A stretch of DNA of 63,191 bases, filler included, from Asterionella formosa (lineage: Eukaryota), in assembly GCA_002256025.1 (NCBI GenBank). It is 10 parts of 10 records of this genome, joined end to end, with 100 filler letters (N's around TTAATTAATTAA, not from the genome) between each part and the next. Parts side by side here need not be neighbours in the genome. Positions count along the whole stretch, not along the records: positions 19,469 to 37,605 come from NKIB01004155.1; 9 more parts are not named here. One strand, written 5' to 3'. Below are positions 24,149-36,203 of this stretch, in pieces (position 1 is the stretch's first letter; each line of letters begins with the position of its first letter). Position numbers and translations under genes: made by a program. The notes below the pieces were generated by a model. It was not told the DNA's origin and did no database searches. It saw only the letters and a list, made by a program, of their open reading frames with translations.

Positions 24149-25718
24149 CTACACACGTCTGATTGTGGGTTTTAGCCCATTTCGTAGATCGCTGGACGAT
24201 GATTGAAGATATGGCGGCTTGCACCAAGGCCCATCCCTGTCAGCATGATGAAAAACAAAGGTAGACCTCCGTCTTCCATATTCCTGCTGCTGATGGGACT
24301 TTTGGTCATCCCTGTCAGCATGATGATAGACAAAAGTAGACCTCCGTCGTCCATATTCCTGCTGCTGTTTCTCATCCCTTTCCGTTGCACATCGACGAAG
24401 TACTGCAATATTTTCATTGAGAATGTTGCAAATGTCCTTCATCGATGGTCGAACCTGGGGCACCGGGTCCCAACATTTCATCAGAAGGGACCGAAGTGGA
24501 ACATACCAACTTGGATCAAGTGGGGGCCTCTCAGAGCCTTCTATGACATACTGATGATGATCTTTTCGAGAATATCCATCAAATGGCACTTCCAAACGGC
24601 ATATTTCCCACAGCAGTATACCAAATGAGTACACATCGGCACTCAAATTATATGGTTCGAAAAGGGCCACTTCCGGAGCCATGTATCGTTGACTACCAGT
24701 GTTTCCAGTTAGTTCATAGACACAATCTTCAGGGTTGCACTTGAAGGAGTCATCCAGTTCTTTGGCTAGGCCAAAATCAAACAGTTTGACCGTGTCGTTG
24801 AAATCAAAACCAATATTGTCCGGTTTTAGATCACGGTCTATGTAGTACAAGGATCAAAGGGTGGCCGAAGTGAGTTGACAATTCACAATTCATAAAGCAT
24901 GTAAGGGCAAGCTAAGCAACATCAGCAGGCAATGCCACCGCAGCGAACTTACAAAGAATGTTCCTCTCATGAAGGTAATACAAAGCTGACGCAACTTCTG
25001 CAGCAACTTGCAATCGGTCTGCCAAGGTTGGGGATGGATCCTCGACACCATGATCAAGTAGACGTTTCTGTAGAGTCGATTTGAACTTGGGGGATGAATG
25101 CTTCCATTCATCCAAGCGATCTTCTAGCGAGCACTGCAGCCGGTCCAATATCAAGAAGTATCCCTTGCCGTGGCAGGATGTGAAGCCCCTGGTTCCTGTC
25201 GCAGACATGCCTCGCAACTTGATAATGTGTTCATGGTCTAAGCTTGCCAGGAACTTTGTCTCCATGACCAAATCCACTGCACCTCTGAAGAATCTTCCAG
25301 GATCGTCAACGGTTCCCCCAGACAAGAATTTTATGGCGAATCTATTGTTGTTCGTTGCTTCGCGATCTGATGTTCGTGTTGCCAAATGAGTCCGACACAA
25401 GGTTTGATTTTCTGAACAAATCTTCCCGGCATTTTCCGATGCAAGGGGGTCTTTGGTAAGTACAATGGCGCTCAACTCGTATACTGAGTTGAAGCCACCG
25501 CTTCCCAGCAGCTTTCCAACGACCATTTCCTCACCGAGAAACCGTGGAATACTGCGTTCCATTGTCGGATTCACCACTCTTGACCGTTTCGACATTTGCC
25601 GGGCAGATCGACTGGCACATTTCCACGCTTTGTGGGCAACTAGGTCAGCAGATTCCACCTGCTGCTGTCGATGGAGGCTCTTGCCCTCAGACGTCTGCGT
25701 TGGCGGTGGCATTTTCAT
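24149..25718 (-). CDS. Protein kinase (TKL-like Ser/Thr/Tyr type); complement(join(24149..24837,24953..25718))
   Basis: LGSGGFNSVY, FAIK, LDHEHIIKLRG. Intron 24838-24952 (GTAAGT..TAG) restores the catalytic loop NILYRDLKPDNIGFD. Also DFGLAK, GNTGSQRYMAPEV and DVYSFGILLWE. Confidence 0.93.
24232..24367. repeat. 75-bp-period coding duplication in the kinase C-terminal tail
   Basis: QQQEYGRRRSTFV(Y/F)HHADRD occurs twice. Confidence 0.9.
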
Positions 25719-26881
25719 GATCAGGTTTAGAAAAGGATCAACAAAAGGAGGAATACTACCGGAAACAAAAGTTGTGATGTAGAACAATGACTGTGTTTGT
25801 GTGCCATAGGAAACGAATTGCTTGGTGTACTTCAATCATCCCAGATGACGTGGTGTCAAGGCGGAGCCAACAATATACAATAGGAAAAGCTTTGGTCCGT
25901 TCAATAAATAGCCTTTAAAATGATGGTAATTATATACCATCCTAATGATACTTACATTACAATGTTTGCTGCATTTCCTCAAGGGGGGAAATAAATGGTC
26001 CACAAATGATGTGGGGGTCAATAACTAATTTTTCCTCTTACTTGGTAAGTAAGTCACGGTTGTGGCGAGGTTGAAGCTATAAAATAAGGATACCAGAATT
26101 CTGTTAAATTACATATCTACTGGTAGTCATCCTCGATTTTGATTGGTTGGCGAAAATGTCTTTTTTCCGCACGGAGTTCTCGAACCTTGTTACTCGCTTG
26201 ATTCAAACAATGCTTTGCAAAATACCGGTACATTCTGCTGTGCAGCTTTCCTTCACAGTTTCTTCAAAGTCGTGGTTCCAATCGGGGATTGCTTATTTAC
26301 TGTTTAATTAAGTACCTGGTAATTATTCCCTGGAGGACCAGGCAGAGCCTCTTCTTTCTAAAAATACCAATACAAGGGTGGTACTTAAGAAATCATATGG
26401 CTGTGTGGACACTGAAACTGCATTTGGTACAAGTGTTACCTGTACAACATAATTTTAGAACGGACACTGGGATCATAGGAATTCACAACAACGAACTCCC
26501 TGTTCCATGCCGATTTTACAACCCTAGCAATGTTCTGCTCCAAACTAGGGTTAAGTCGGGCCACAACCTTGGGTAAAAATTAGAATATAAATGACATTCA
26601 TATTAAAAAATTTTATGAATATATTTAATTAATTTACCATCTAATCTCATTGTTGTTGTGGTTGAGTTCATGATGAACTTGAAATCATAGTGGTGAAATT
26701 GTTAGAGTTGCTTCATTGTAACTTTTATAAGACCATATTTGAGACAGTCCTTTACAGTTTCTACTCCAGATAGCCCACTGTCAAGCTCAATAGCTTTTTC
26801 AGCTGAACCCATTGGCCAGTTATGTCTGGATTTGCCATGCTCAACTCTAAATAGGTCAGAGATAGTACACCAAATTGCGTG

Positions 26882-26960
26882 CTCCTGCACTGCTTGATTG
26901 ATGTGTTTATCAATGGCACCACTCATGGTAGTTACGTTGATAAATCAAGCAGTGCAGGAG
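26882..26960. repeat. Perfect 18-bp inverted repeat with 43-bp spacer
   Basis: CTCCTGCACTGCTTGATT (26882-26899) pairs with AATCAAGCAGTGCAGGAG (26943-26960). An inner TTTATCAA/TTGATAAA pair is also present. Confidence 0.85.
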
Positions 26961-27256
26961 GTTGTAAAATTGTTCTTGAATAAATCAACAGAATAATACC
27001 AACATGATCACAGTGATTTTAACAAAAGTGTTCATGGAGGCGCAAATATAATCTACAGTATATAGGGTCAGGGTTTTTGCTAATACTAGGCCCACTGGGT
27101 CTACCTCGTACTATAGCAGTACAGTATACTTACGGTACCTGGTACACAGCTAAACAAGAAGTACTGGTACAAGGTCGGCACGGCCACTACATGTATGTAC
27201 TGGGACGGTAGGTCTACCGCTACCTACTCCTACTCATTTTCATTAGATACAGCATC

Positions 27257-29401
27257 ATGATTCGGTCCTTTCTCCCACGGAAGCGACCACTTGTGTCATT
27301 GCTACAAAGTACCCCAATCGGTAGTCCTTATGCACGCAACCATTCTTCCTCCGACGGTCTAGTAGATGTTCCTATTGTCATTGTTGGTGGTGGTCCATGT
27401 GGACTAGTCCTGTCCAATCTGTTGTCATCGTATCATGTCCCATCCGTGCTGTTGGATGCCCAAACGCCATGCTTCACTCATCCACAAGCCCACTTTCTGA
27501 ATACGCGGACCATGGAAGTCCTGTACAACGCCTTACCCAGTGTGTATCAAACCGTCCGGTCTGCCATGCCAAATGTAGAGCACTGGAGGTACATGCAATT
27601 CGGACATTCAGCTTGCTCCGGTATCATGGCACGAGTCGTCCATCCAGTGGATGTCCCACTTTTGCACCAAAATGATGCGAATGGAACGTTGCTACTACCA
27701 GATCAGGGACATGGACCAGTATGGGCTGCTGCACCGCCGACACCACAGCCGACAAATCCATTGAGCCATGTTTCTGTGGGACACTTGCCGCAACACACGT
27801 TCTGTCAAATACTGTACAATGAAGCAATGGCTCAAACACAAACACAACAACATGATGACTTTGGCTCGACTCATCAATTGCTATATGATACAAGAGTTAC
27901 AAATGTCCAACGACACGACGAAAACAACGACTACATAGTTTCTACTGATGGACCATGCTTTAAAACAAAGATTGTGGTCGCTGCCGATGGATCCAACTCC
28001 ATGTTACGCAAATTATGGAAGATTGGATGGAATGGACAAGAAGGAATACAAGATTTGATCAATATACACTTTACTACATCTCGAGACGTTGCAGCACGAT
28101 TGCCTCCTGCCATGTTGTATAGCATTTTTTCTCACAAAGTGGTTGGGATGATGGTATGTCATTTTCCAGGAGAATATGTATTGCAAATACCATACTTTCC
28201 GCCTTACCAGACCATGGAACGAGATTTTACAATAGCAAAAGTTCAAGACATTATTGATGCCGCACTGGGATTTTCAGATGTAGCAGCATGTACCATTCAA
28301 TCAATCAAACCTTGGAAAATGTCAAGTATGATTGCATCACAATACTACGACATTAGCAGCTCGAAACATGCTACTACTACATGTGGTGGAGTATTGCTGG
28401 GTGATGCAGCTCATGTATTCCCACCTGCAGGGGGATTTGGGTTAAATACAGGAATACAAGATGCTCATGCATTGGCATGGCGATTGGCGCATTGGTATCA
28501 TCAACATTATCAAAATTCAACGACACAACACAAGGACTTTATTACTCCAATGTTACACGAGTACAGTACAGAACGTCGAAAGATTGCCCAAAACAATGCT
28601 GCATTGTCTGTACGAAATTATCAACGTATCCTTCATTTAACCAAGGCATGTTATTTGAACGATCAACATCCACAAACTCTCATTAAAATGTTGAATGGTC
28701 TATCCAGTGTCTTGTCATTGGAACATCGACAAGATATGTTTCAACAAATGATTCAAATTGCCATGTCACCATTGTCCAATTTGAAAAATATTGATCATAG
28801 CATTCATGCGCGGCATGTAACAAACAACGTTCGAGCAATTTTAAAAAGAGGAGGTGGGTTGCCTTTGTTATTTCCAAAATTGGAACTTGGATTTGGTTAT
28901 TGTTGTACAGATCATGACAAGGATAATGTAGGAATGAATACTACAAGCAATTCGAATTCAACAGACGAGGATACTAAAAGATATACTCCAGTGATTCAAA
29001 AAGGATATCGATTGCCACATATGGAGTTTCGTGTCATACGGAGTGATGGTGTTGTGCCCTTCCCCCATGGCTCCATCGTTTGTTCAAATGACTTACCGGC
29101 CCGCTTTCTGGTTCTAGCAATTGGTGCATGGCAAACTAGTGAGTTAGTGGTAGCTCAACGACAACATCTACCAGTACTTAACATTGTACAACTGGATGAT
29201 GACTTGTGTCTTGCCACTACTACTACTACTCTACAAGAATGCCATTCATCATCCTATTTACTCAATGTCGTGGATACTTTGATTGTACTTCGTCCAGATG
29301 GCCATGTTGCATCTATCATTAGGAAAAATGATTGTGATGTGGAAGCTGCACTGGTTGCTGCTCTAGGCATCTATTCTCCATTGAAGGTGATCGCAAAATA
29401 A
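27257..29401 (+). CDS. FAD-dependent monooxygenase (FAD_binding_3), CoqF-like ubiquinone biosynthesis hydroxylase, probably mitochondrial
   Basis: IVGGGPCGL, HPQAHFLNTRTMEV, VAADGSNS, GEYVLQIPYFPP, LLGDAAHVFPPAGGFGLNTGIQDAHALAWRL and LRPDGHVA. The HPQAHF.N.R.ME and GE.VLQIPY.PP blocks match my recollection of Arabidopsis At1g24340/CoqF. The N-terminus is Arg/Ser-rich and acid-free. Confidence 0.88.
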   Translation: MIRSFLPRKRPLVSLLQSTPIGSPYARNHSSSDGLVDVPIVIVGGGPCGLVLSNLLSSYHVPSVLLDAQTPCFTHPQAHFLNTRTMEVLYNALPSVYQTVRSAMPNVEHWRYMQFGHSACSGIMARVVHPVDVPLLHQNDANGTLLLPDQGHGPVWAAAPPTPQPTNPLSHVSVGHLPQHTFCQILYNEAMAQTQTQQHDDFGSTHQLLYDTRVTNVQRHDENNDYIVSTDGPCFKTKIVVAADGSNSMLRKLWKIGWNGQEGIQDLINIHFTTSRDVAARLPPAMLYSIFSHKVVGMMVCHFPGEYVLQIPYFPPYQTMERDFTIAKVQDIIDAALGFSDVAACTIQSIKPWKMSSMIASQYYDISSSKHATTTCGGVLLGDAAHVFPPAGGFGLNTGIQDAHALAWRLAHWYHQHYQNSTTQHKDFITPMLHEYSTERRKIAQNNAALSVRNYQRILHLTKACYLNDQHPQTLIKMLNGLSSVLSLEHRQDMFQQMIQIAMSPLSNLKNIDHSIHARHVTNNVRAILKRGGGLPLLFPKLELGFGYCCTDHDKDNVGMNTTSNSNSTDEDTKRYTPVIQKGYRLPHMEFRVIRSDGVVPFPHGSIVCSNDLPARFLVLAIGAWQTSELVVAQRQHLPVLNIVQLDDDLCLATTTTTLQECHSSSYLLNVVDTLIVLRPDGHVASIIRKNDCDVEAALVAALGIYSPLKVIAK

Positions 29402-29985
29402 TCTAGGACAAATAACAACCAGTACTACTGTATTCATATGGCAGTTTATCATGGCTATACATACCGGTAGACACTGACACTCACATATCGTCTAGTACCT
29501 GGTACCTTTTACCAGTTCCGGCATAACGGTATATGGCATACAGGTCGTATACCAGTACGTACATCGAAACCAGATCGCTCATGATGCATGAAGAAGAATA
29601 TGAACAAGCAAAGTACCATGGTACCTGGTACTGGTACCAGGTACTGGTACCGGTATCCGCTGAGATGAGATGAGGAATTCATGAATCAGATAGAATGTAG
29701 AATCATGTTGTATAATATAACAGCGAAAGTAGTCAATCGCCTCTGCCAAGTGGAAGATAACTCCTGACAACAAAAAAAGCGGCGGCTACGAAAAGAAAAA
29801 AAACAAGCGAACAAGAAGGCAGTAAGCAAAAAATGATGGATCTATGTACCCCATGATGAAAATATATATATATACATTTTGCATCCTCCTCTCATCAGTT
29901 ATCAAGAAACATACAGAAGGTTACATTTAGCCTCCTCTTCCTCCTGCTCATAACTCTCTGATAGAGCCTTTCAATAACCACCGCC

Positions 29986-31208
29986 ATGAGGAATCGACAA
30001 CCGTCAACGTTTCTGCTGTTGATTGTTGTTCTAATGAACAGTAACATGTTTGTGGATGGCGGAAGCAGTGCCGTGAGAATGGTATGGTCAGTTCCATCAT
30101 TGTCCCGACAACTAATGTCCCTTCGAGGTGGATCGTTGCGTGCGATGGAACATGTTGACAACAATGAAGAAGACGAAGAACCCCAGCCTGCGACCATGTC
30201 TACCGCATTGGAGAAGTATTCGATGAATCTACAATTGTTGTATCAACTTCGGGCCACCATATTATCTGAAGTATTGGCAAAACGTGGAATACCATTAGTT
30301 ACCATGGAAACTGTTTCTACTCCTGAAGGTAGTAAACCTCCTGAATTGATCGATTGGGATTGCGCCATGAGTACAGAAGAAGAACCCAAGGTATGTCGCT
30401 CTTTATTGTAGGTAGTATGCCTGGCGGGGGGAGTCGATTCCTTTAATCCAGCACATGTCAACACACACACGCACGCACGCACACACTCTCACACACACAC
30501 ACACATAAATATCCATAGACTTGTCTTTACTCCTTTGATGCCGAGCCCATGACCAAAGTCATTGCTCCTATAAATACCGATCAATGGATATCGCTATCTG
30601 CCCTAAATCGCCTTCGACGGACAGATCCTACCAAAGTAGAACCCATGTGGCATTCGCAATACACCATTTTACAAGGATGGTTTGGCAGTCAATCTCCCTA
30701 CAGTGTTGGCCAACATTATCATTGGACGGGATTGTTGCTCTCATATTTGCTGGATCATGCACTAGTGCTGCGAAGTCTGTTAGGATTGTTCGTAGCACTA
30801 TCATGTCTCATTGCATTGCCAACATTGGAATGGATCGTCCATAAAAGTCTAATCTCAAAATTGTTTTGGAATCAATGGCCAACATGGGGACGAATTGTTC
30901 ATGCAGCATTGCCATTGAAATTGTTATTGGCGCAAATGGCATATAAAAGTTTGATTCAAGTACTAAGTAAATGTGAAAACCGTGTTCGAGACGTTTTGAT
31001 TGATATGGAATGTACAATGTTGGAAGAATGCATGCCACTGACGGTTGGTCCAGGAAGTGAAGTGGAAGTGACGGAAGACGACGAAGTGATGGAGGAAGAG
31101 TTGCAAGAAGAGTCGGAAGGTGAAGCTTTAGTCGTAGGTGACAAGAACTGGAATGGCGATGCCGACGATAGTGATGATTACAGTGATGAGGAGGAAGATG
31201 ACTACTAG
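29986..31208 (+). CDS. Hypothetical membrane protein with signal peptide and acidic tail; join(29986..30390,30519..31208), ~364 aa
   Basis: Hydrophobic N-terminus and an LRGG motif. Intron 30391-30518 (GTATGT..TAG) joins the two ORFs in frame (EEPK|TCLYSFDAEPMTK). TM-like segment LLGLFVALSCLIALP. Confidence 0.82.
30460..30505. repeat. Compound (CA)n/(CACG)n microsatellite inside an intron
   Basis: ACACACACACGCACGCACGCACACACTCTCACACACACACACACA. Confidence 0.9.
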
Positions 31209-32919
31209 ACTACATATATATTTAGAATTATCCTAACTCCTGCCTTTTCTAAAATATAGAACTTGGACCAAACAAACTCGTACAGGACAGCTCAGTACAT
31301 GAATGTATTAAGTTCGGGAAAGAACATCCGTTTGGTACCAGAAACAGTATGTATGGAACCAAGTTTTGGGCAGAGCACGCTTGAAGGCGTCCATAGTAAG
31401 CGATGGAAGCACTAATCCAGAAAGAAGCACACAAAGCCAGTGCAGTAGGTAGCTAATAGAGTACCGGTACAGCTCATGCACCTCATCTACCGGTAGAGCG
31501 ACAAGTGGTAGCTGTATGTATGCAGAGATGTGGACTACCAGGTACCTGGACTACCTGGAGTACTGGTACATGCGATATAAGCAATGCTATTATTCTGATC
31601 TAAGCAGTTCACTTGTTAAGTAAGTTTTAGAAATTATAAGACAATTACTCTATCTAAATATATTGACAGAGTGGTCGAAGAAGAATTGCAATGGAGTTTA
31701 AAAATAAAGAGAAATGGAAAGAAAGAATGACGAGAGTAAGTGTAGAATAGAATATATACCAATGACAGATGATAAATAGATGACGTCACCAAAGTAGACA
31801 TAGCAGTGCATGGGCCATTAGGAGTAACAATTGGCTAGGTCCTCTCGTCCTTCTTGTCATATTTGTTTAAAGTCATATTTGTAGTCTCGGAAATTTGTCC
31901 TGACAAAATTGTTAGCAAGACTGCTGCGCCCGTTTTCCCCCTGTAGATTGTAGGTTCTGTTGGTACAAAGAAGAAGTCATGGCTGCGCCGGGATTTTTGA
32001 CCATCTGAGTTCATGAAGACAACATTTAACACCGCTGTGAACAATATGTTTTCAACATGGGCATGGACCTTACAACTAGCACCCCCCCCTTCCAGCTTTT
32101 CAGATGCCTCACTATACAAAAATCCTTCATCAACTAAATTATTATTTGTTGCACCAACAGAACAAGGTGGAATGATGCAACATTGAGATCATCCGAAAAA
32201 AGGGTAAGATTTTTTGGTATTTTTGTTATCATATCACCAAGCGAGGGATAATTCATACTGATAGTATGCTGTTTTTCTCAACATTCATTTGACATTGTTT
32301 GAACAGGCCTTTTCAGAAAAGGAGTGTTCTTTTGAAAGCAGGAGTGATTGAAGGTGAAATGATGCAATATGGAGACCCGCAATGGAGGCTTTTTAGGTAA
32401 GCTTAATCTTCAATTTTTGTCATCACATCAGCAAAGCGAGTGATAAAACACACGGTTTTGTTATTGTTCTCTACACTTATTTGACATTTTTGCCATCCAT
32501 TTCACAACAGGAGCATTCTTTTGAACGCATCAGTGATTTGTGGTGCTTCCTTACTAATGCCAGTGTGTTGCTGTCAATTCGACTGCTCCATGAAAGAGTT
32601 GAATAGCACATGTGTGTGTTGCTTTCTGCTGTTGATAGTTTTTTAAACTGAATTACTGACACACTGTTGTTATTTAAATCTTTGCAGGTCAAAGAAGGCG
32701 TTTCAAGGACAAGAAAGAAGCCAGTGTGATGCATTCCTGTTGCAATTTTGCACAATCATGCCCTCTCAAGAGTGAATAATTTTTCCACTCAGAATGAACG
32801 GCTTCTCTTTCTCTTGCAAAGTCCTTACAGACATCTCATAATGCCTGCCTTCTCAAGACTGAAGATTCCATTCTGAAAGAACTGCTTTGTTTGTTTTCAT
32901 ATCGAGATTTTTTCCCATT

Positions 32920-33176
32920 TAATGTGAAATAGTTGAATTAGTCAACAACATTATTTGATCATACTTTTTAATTAGTTGAACAAACTTCAGGAAATTAGTT
33001 GAATGAACTTCAGAACATTTCGTGAACAAAATTATTGAATTACGTGAACAAATCATAGAATTATACGTCAAGAAATTTAATACATTTTACGTGAACGAAA
33101 TTATAAGGCAACATGAACTAAATCACTGAATTACATGAAGTATTTCAAATAATTACGTGAAGGTGATCACGTAATA
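32920..33176. repeat. Array of short repeats (AATTAGTTGAA, TTACGTGAA) ending in a hairpin; probable DNA-transposon subterminal region
   Basis: Repeated motifs are visible, and AATTAGTTGA and TTTCAAATAATT are shared with the 17218/62953 repeat. ATTACGTGA/TCACGTAAT form an inverted repeat at 33152-33175. Confidence 0.55.
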
Positions 33177-33534
33177 AACCGGTACCCCAGGTACGTGGTA
33201 CCTGGCAACCCCCCCATGGTACCAGGGTACCCTGGCACCAGGGTAGTGTTGATCAGGAATGCATGCATGATACTCTGATCAATAAATTAACGTGATATAT
33301 TCGGATAATATTTAGAGATATATTCAAGTACCCGTAGTAGGTAAGCATTTTGATGTATTTAACTAAGTCATGTGGACCATTCAAAATCAAATACCGGTAG
33401 GCTTATTTACGTGAAGGTCAGTTCACGTAATACTCTGATTAGATGTATTTCGATAATGGTCTCATAGTACCACTGGTGCACGACTGGTACTGGTAGACTA
33501 CCGGTATATCTATGATTACCTGGAACTAGTTCCA

Positions 33535-33722
33535 GCAAGTTGCGGTCATTTTGCTTAAACTAACATTTTGACCAAGGATAAAGAAAGCTAAATCTTTAGT
33601 CTCGGTAAAATTACCGCAACTTGCACAGGTACCAGCAAGTTGCGGTCATTTAGCTTAAATAAACAATTTAATATTAGATAAAGATAGCTAAACTTTTGGT
33701 TCTCAGCAAAACCGCAAGTTGC
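33535..33722 (+). mobile_element. Two tandem copies of a ~90-bp MITE (core TIR GCAAGTTGCGGT...ACCGCAACTTGC)
   Basis: Copy 1 is 33535-33624 and copy 2 is 33635-33722. Both share the internal CATTT.GCTTAAA...GATAAAGA.AGCTAA. Confidence 0.8.
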
Positions 33723-34376
33723 TCTTGTATCTAATTGCGGATGGTCCGCACCACCTGGTGGTTCAGTAAGAATGGAAAGTGCAAGAAAAGATGGCTCTCA
33801 CTATCGAGGAAACAAAGCTAAATTGCTCTACTACTTCCAGACGATATACTCCTGACTACAGGTTGATTACCGGTACCAGGTACCTGGTACCGAAACTAGG
33901 TACATAGGTGGACTACAATTGCTCCACCAGAGCAATGTACCGGTACAAGTTCAGGAGTACCGGTATGTAAAAAGCCAACCTGCTTGTAGCTGTTAAGGAA
34001 GACCCTGCTTATCTACCACTACGTGGCACCAGTCCGACCAGCTACCTGGAAGACAACTGGTACCAGGTACCGAGTATCTGCTGATATATGTATGTACGGT
34101 CATTGTCAGTTGCTCTGACGCCAGACAGACAGAATCGCAACCTTTTGCTTGTACCGGTATTTAGATGGATCGTGCGGCTCTGATGATGATCCAAGTACAT
34201 TTCTATGTAAATGTACACGATGACTCCGTCATCTGCACACAGCATACAAAAACAGGCTGCGATACGCCAAGAACCCAAAAGTGAATGTACTAAAATATAA
34301 TTATCGCTCTCTCTAGAAGAGGCGCATTTTTGGTCCTCCAACTCCCTTTTTCCCTCCTGTGCGTAACTCTCTCATC

Positions 34377-36203
34377 ATGGGAGAAGAACAACCGGTCGAT
34401 GCTGTCCCATCTGCTGAAGGAGGAGCCCCTCCTCTGGATGGCGAGAAGAAGAAGACCAGAGCCCCGTTCAAAAGGGACGAAACGCCTGTTGAGGAGCTCT
34501 TTGATTTGACCAAGCCGATTCCAAAGGTACGGTGATGGCAACGATAATGCCCGTGATATGTATATACTCATGCATGAATAGTTTTACTGCCTGTACCGGT
34601 AGTGCTCCCACATCAGTAGCCATCCAATTGTACCTGGTAGTACTTTGCTGTAGAGTCTACGAGAACTCACCTTTTTTGTCATTGCTTAAACCCATTTACC
34701 ATTATTTCCGATGTCTCTCAGGTCAACAAACCTGACAAGGACGCTCATGAGGCCGAATTGGAAGCTCTTACCAAGGAGATTGATGCCCTCAAGGCGTCTC
34801 GTAATGCGCTGCAAGATAAGATCGATTCCGCCATGGGCTTGAACAAAAACGGGGGAGAGATTGGGACCGCCATTGCGGAATTGTCCAAATTGAGAGCCGC
34901 CAAAGGCAAACTGATTGATGAAAAGAAGGCCATTCGAGCCCAGCTGGATGGCATCAAGACCCAAACCGACAAGCTCGTGAAGGACCGTAAGGACACGAGG
35001 TCCAGCATTAAGTTCTCGACTGTGGAGGAAATCGACGAGGAGATTGCCAAGTTGGTTAGGAAGCATGAAACAACATCCATGAGTTTGACGGACGAAAAGA
35101 AGATGCTCAAGGAGATGGACATGCTCAAGGCATCCAAATCACTCGTCAAAGACTTAAAATCCAAAGAAACATCATTGGAAGACGCAAAGGAGCAGCGCAA
35201 GAACATTTCGGCATTGATTGCTGCGAAGGATAAGGAGATCGATACCATTCAGGCTCAAATTGACACCGCTTCCAAGGCCATTGATGCCTTGCGCGAGAAA
35301 GATACAAACAAGAAGGATGCCTTGAAGGCGTTATTCACAGAACGTGATGAACTCAAGGGCAAAATGAATGAGATTATCAAGAAGAAGGATGCCTCCAGGA
35401 ATGTATTCAGAGATGCCAACAATGACTGGTTCAACTATCAACGGGCCATTAGGGCACAAAAGCAACTTCAGTATCTTGAAGAGAAAAAGGCTAGAGAAGA
35501 GGCGCAGATTGAATGGCAAAAGAAGATGGAGGAGGAAGAAGCCAAGAAGATTCCTTACGAAGAAGAACAAGCCCTATGTGAGTACTTGTCCAACTTCTTG
35601 ACGCGAGCATATATGACAGCCCCCGACGATGATAAGAAGAAAAAGGAAGGCGAAGGCAAAAAAGATGGGGACATTGTGGCCGTCAAAGAAGATCCATTTG
35701 CCGGTTTCAAACCCAGTGTCAAGAAAGCCAGTGAAGGGGAAGACGTATACTTTGGAAAGGGCAAGACCAAGAAGAAGCGTGTCCGTGACAGCAAGGATAA
35801 GAAGGTGACTGTCTTTTCTTTGGATGTAGACATCTTTTCGCAGTTTGGTTACATTCAGTTGGACCCACCAACCTCTTTGGAGCAAGTTCCAGCCTCCATT
35901 GAAGCACTCAAGGCAAAGAAGATTTGGTATTCTGAACAACCTCGTGGATCTGTCCCTACTGCAACGGAAATTCGTAAGGCTACCATGGCCAAGCAGCAGC
36001 GGGCACCAGAGACAAAAGTCACCAACAGCAACAAGTTCGATCCTAATGACTTTGCCCCCCTCACTACTGGCGGCGCTGGTGCACTCAATGCCTCATGGGG
36101 ACAATCAAAAGCACCTGCTGGTACAGCAGCCCCTGCCGAAGATGACTTTGTCGATGAAGAAGTTCCTGAACCAGAGCTTGACGAAGTTCCGGAGACGGCT
36201 TAG
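34377..36203 (+). CDS. BFR1-like (nuclear segregation protein / proton-pump-interactor family) coiled-coil protein; join(34377..34526,34722..36203), ~543 aa
   Basis: Intron 34527-34721 (GTACGG..CAG) joins in frame. Long Lys/Glu coiled coil with KFSTVEEIDEEIAKL..ETTSMSLTDEKKMLKEM and PYEEEQALCEYLSNFL, then F..IQLDPPTSLEQVPASIEALKAKK. Confidence 0.82.

Noticed and set aside
34686..36088. Antisense and alternative-frame ORFs over real genes (also over dapA, CoqF-like, Timeless and gag)
   Set aside because: Shadow ORFs caused by codon bias, with no motifs of their own.
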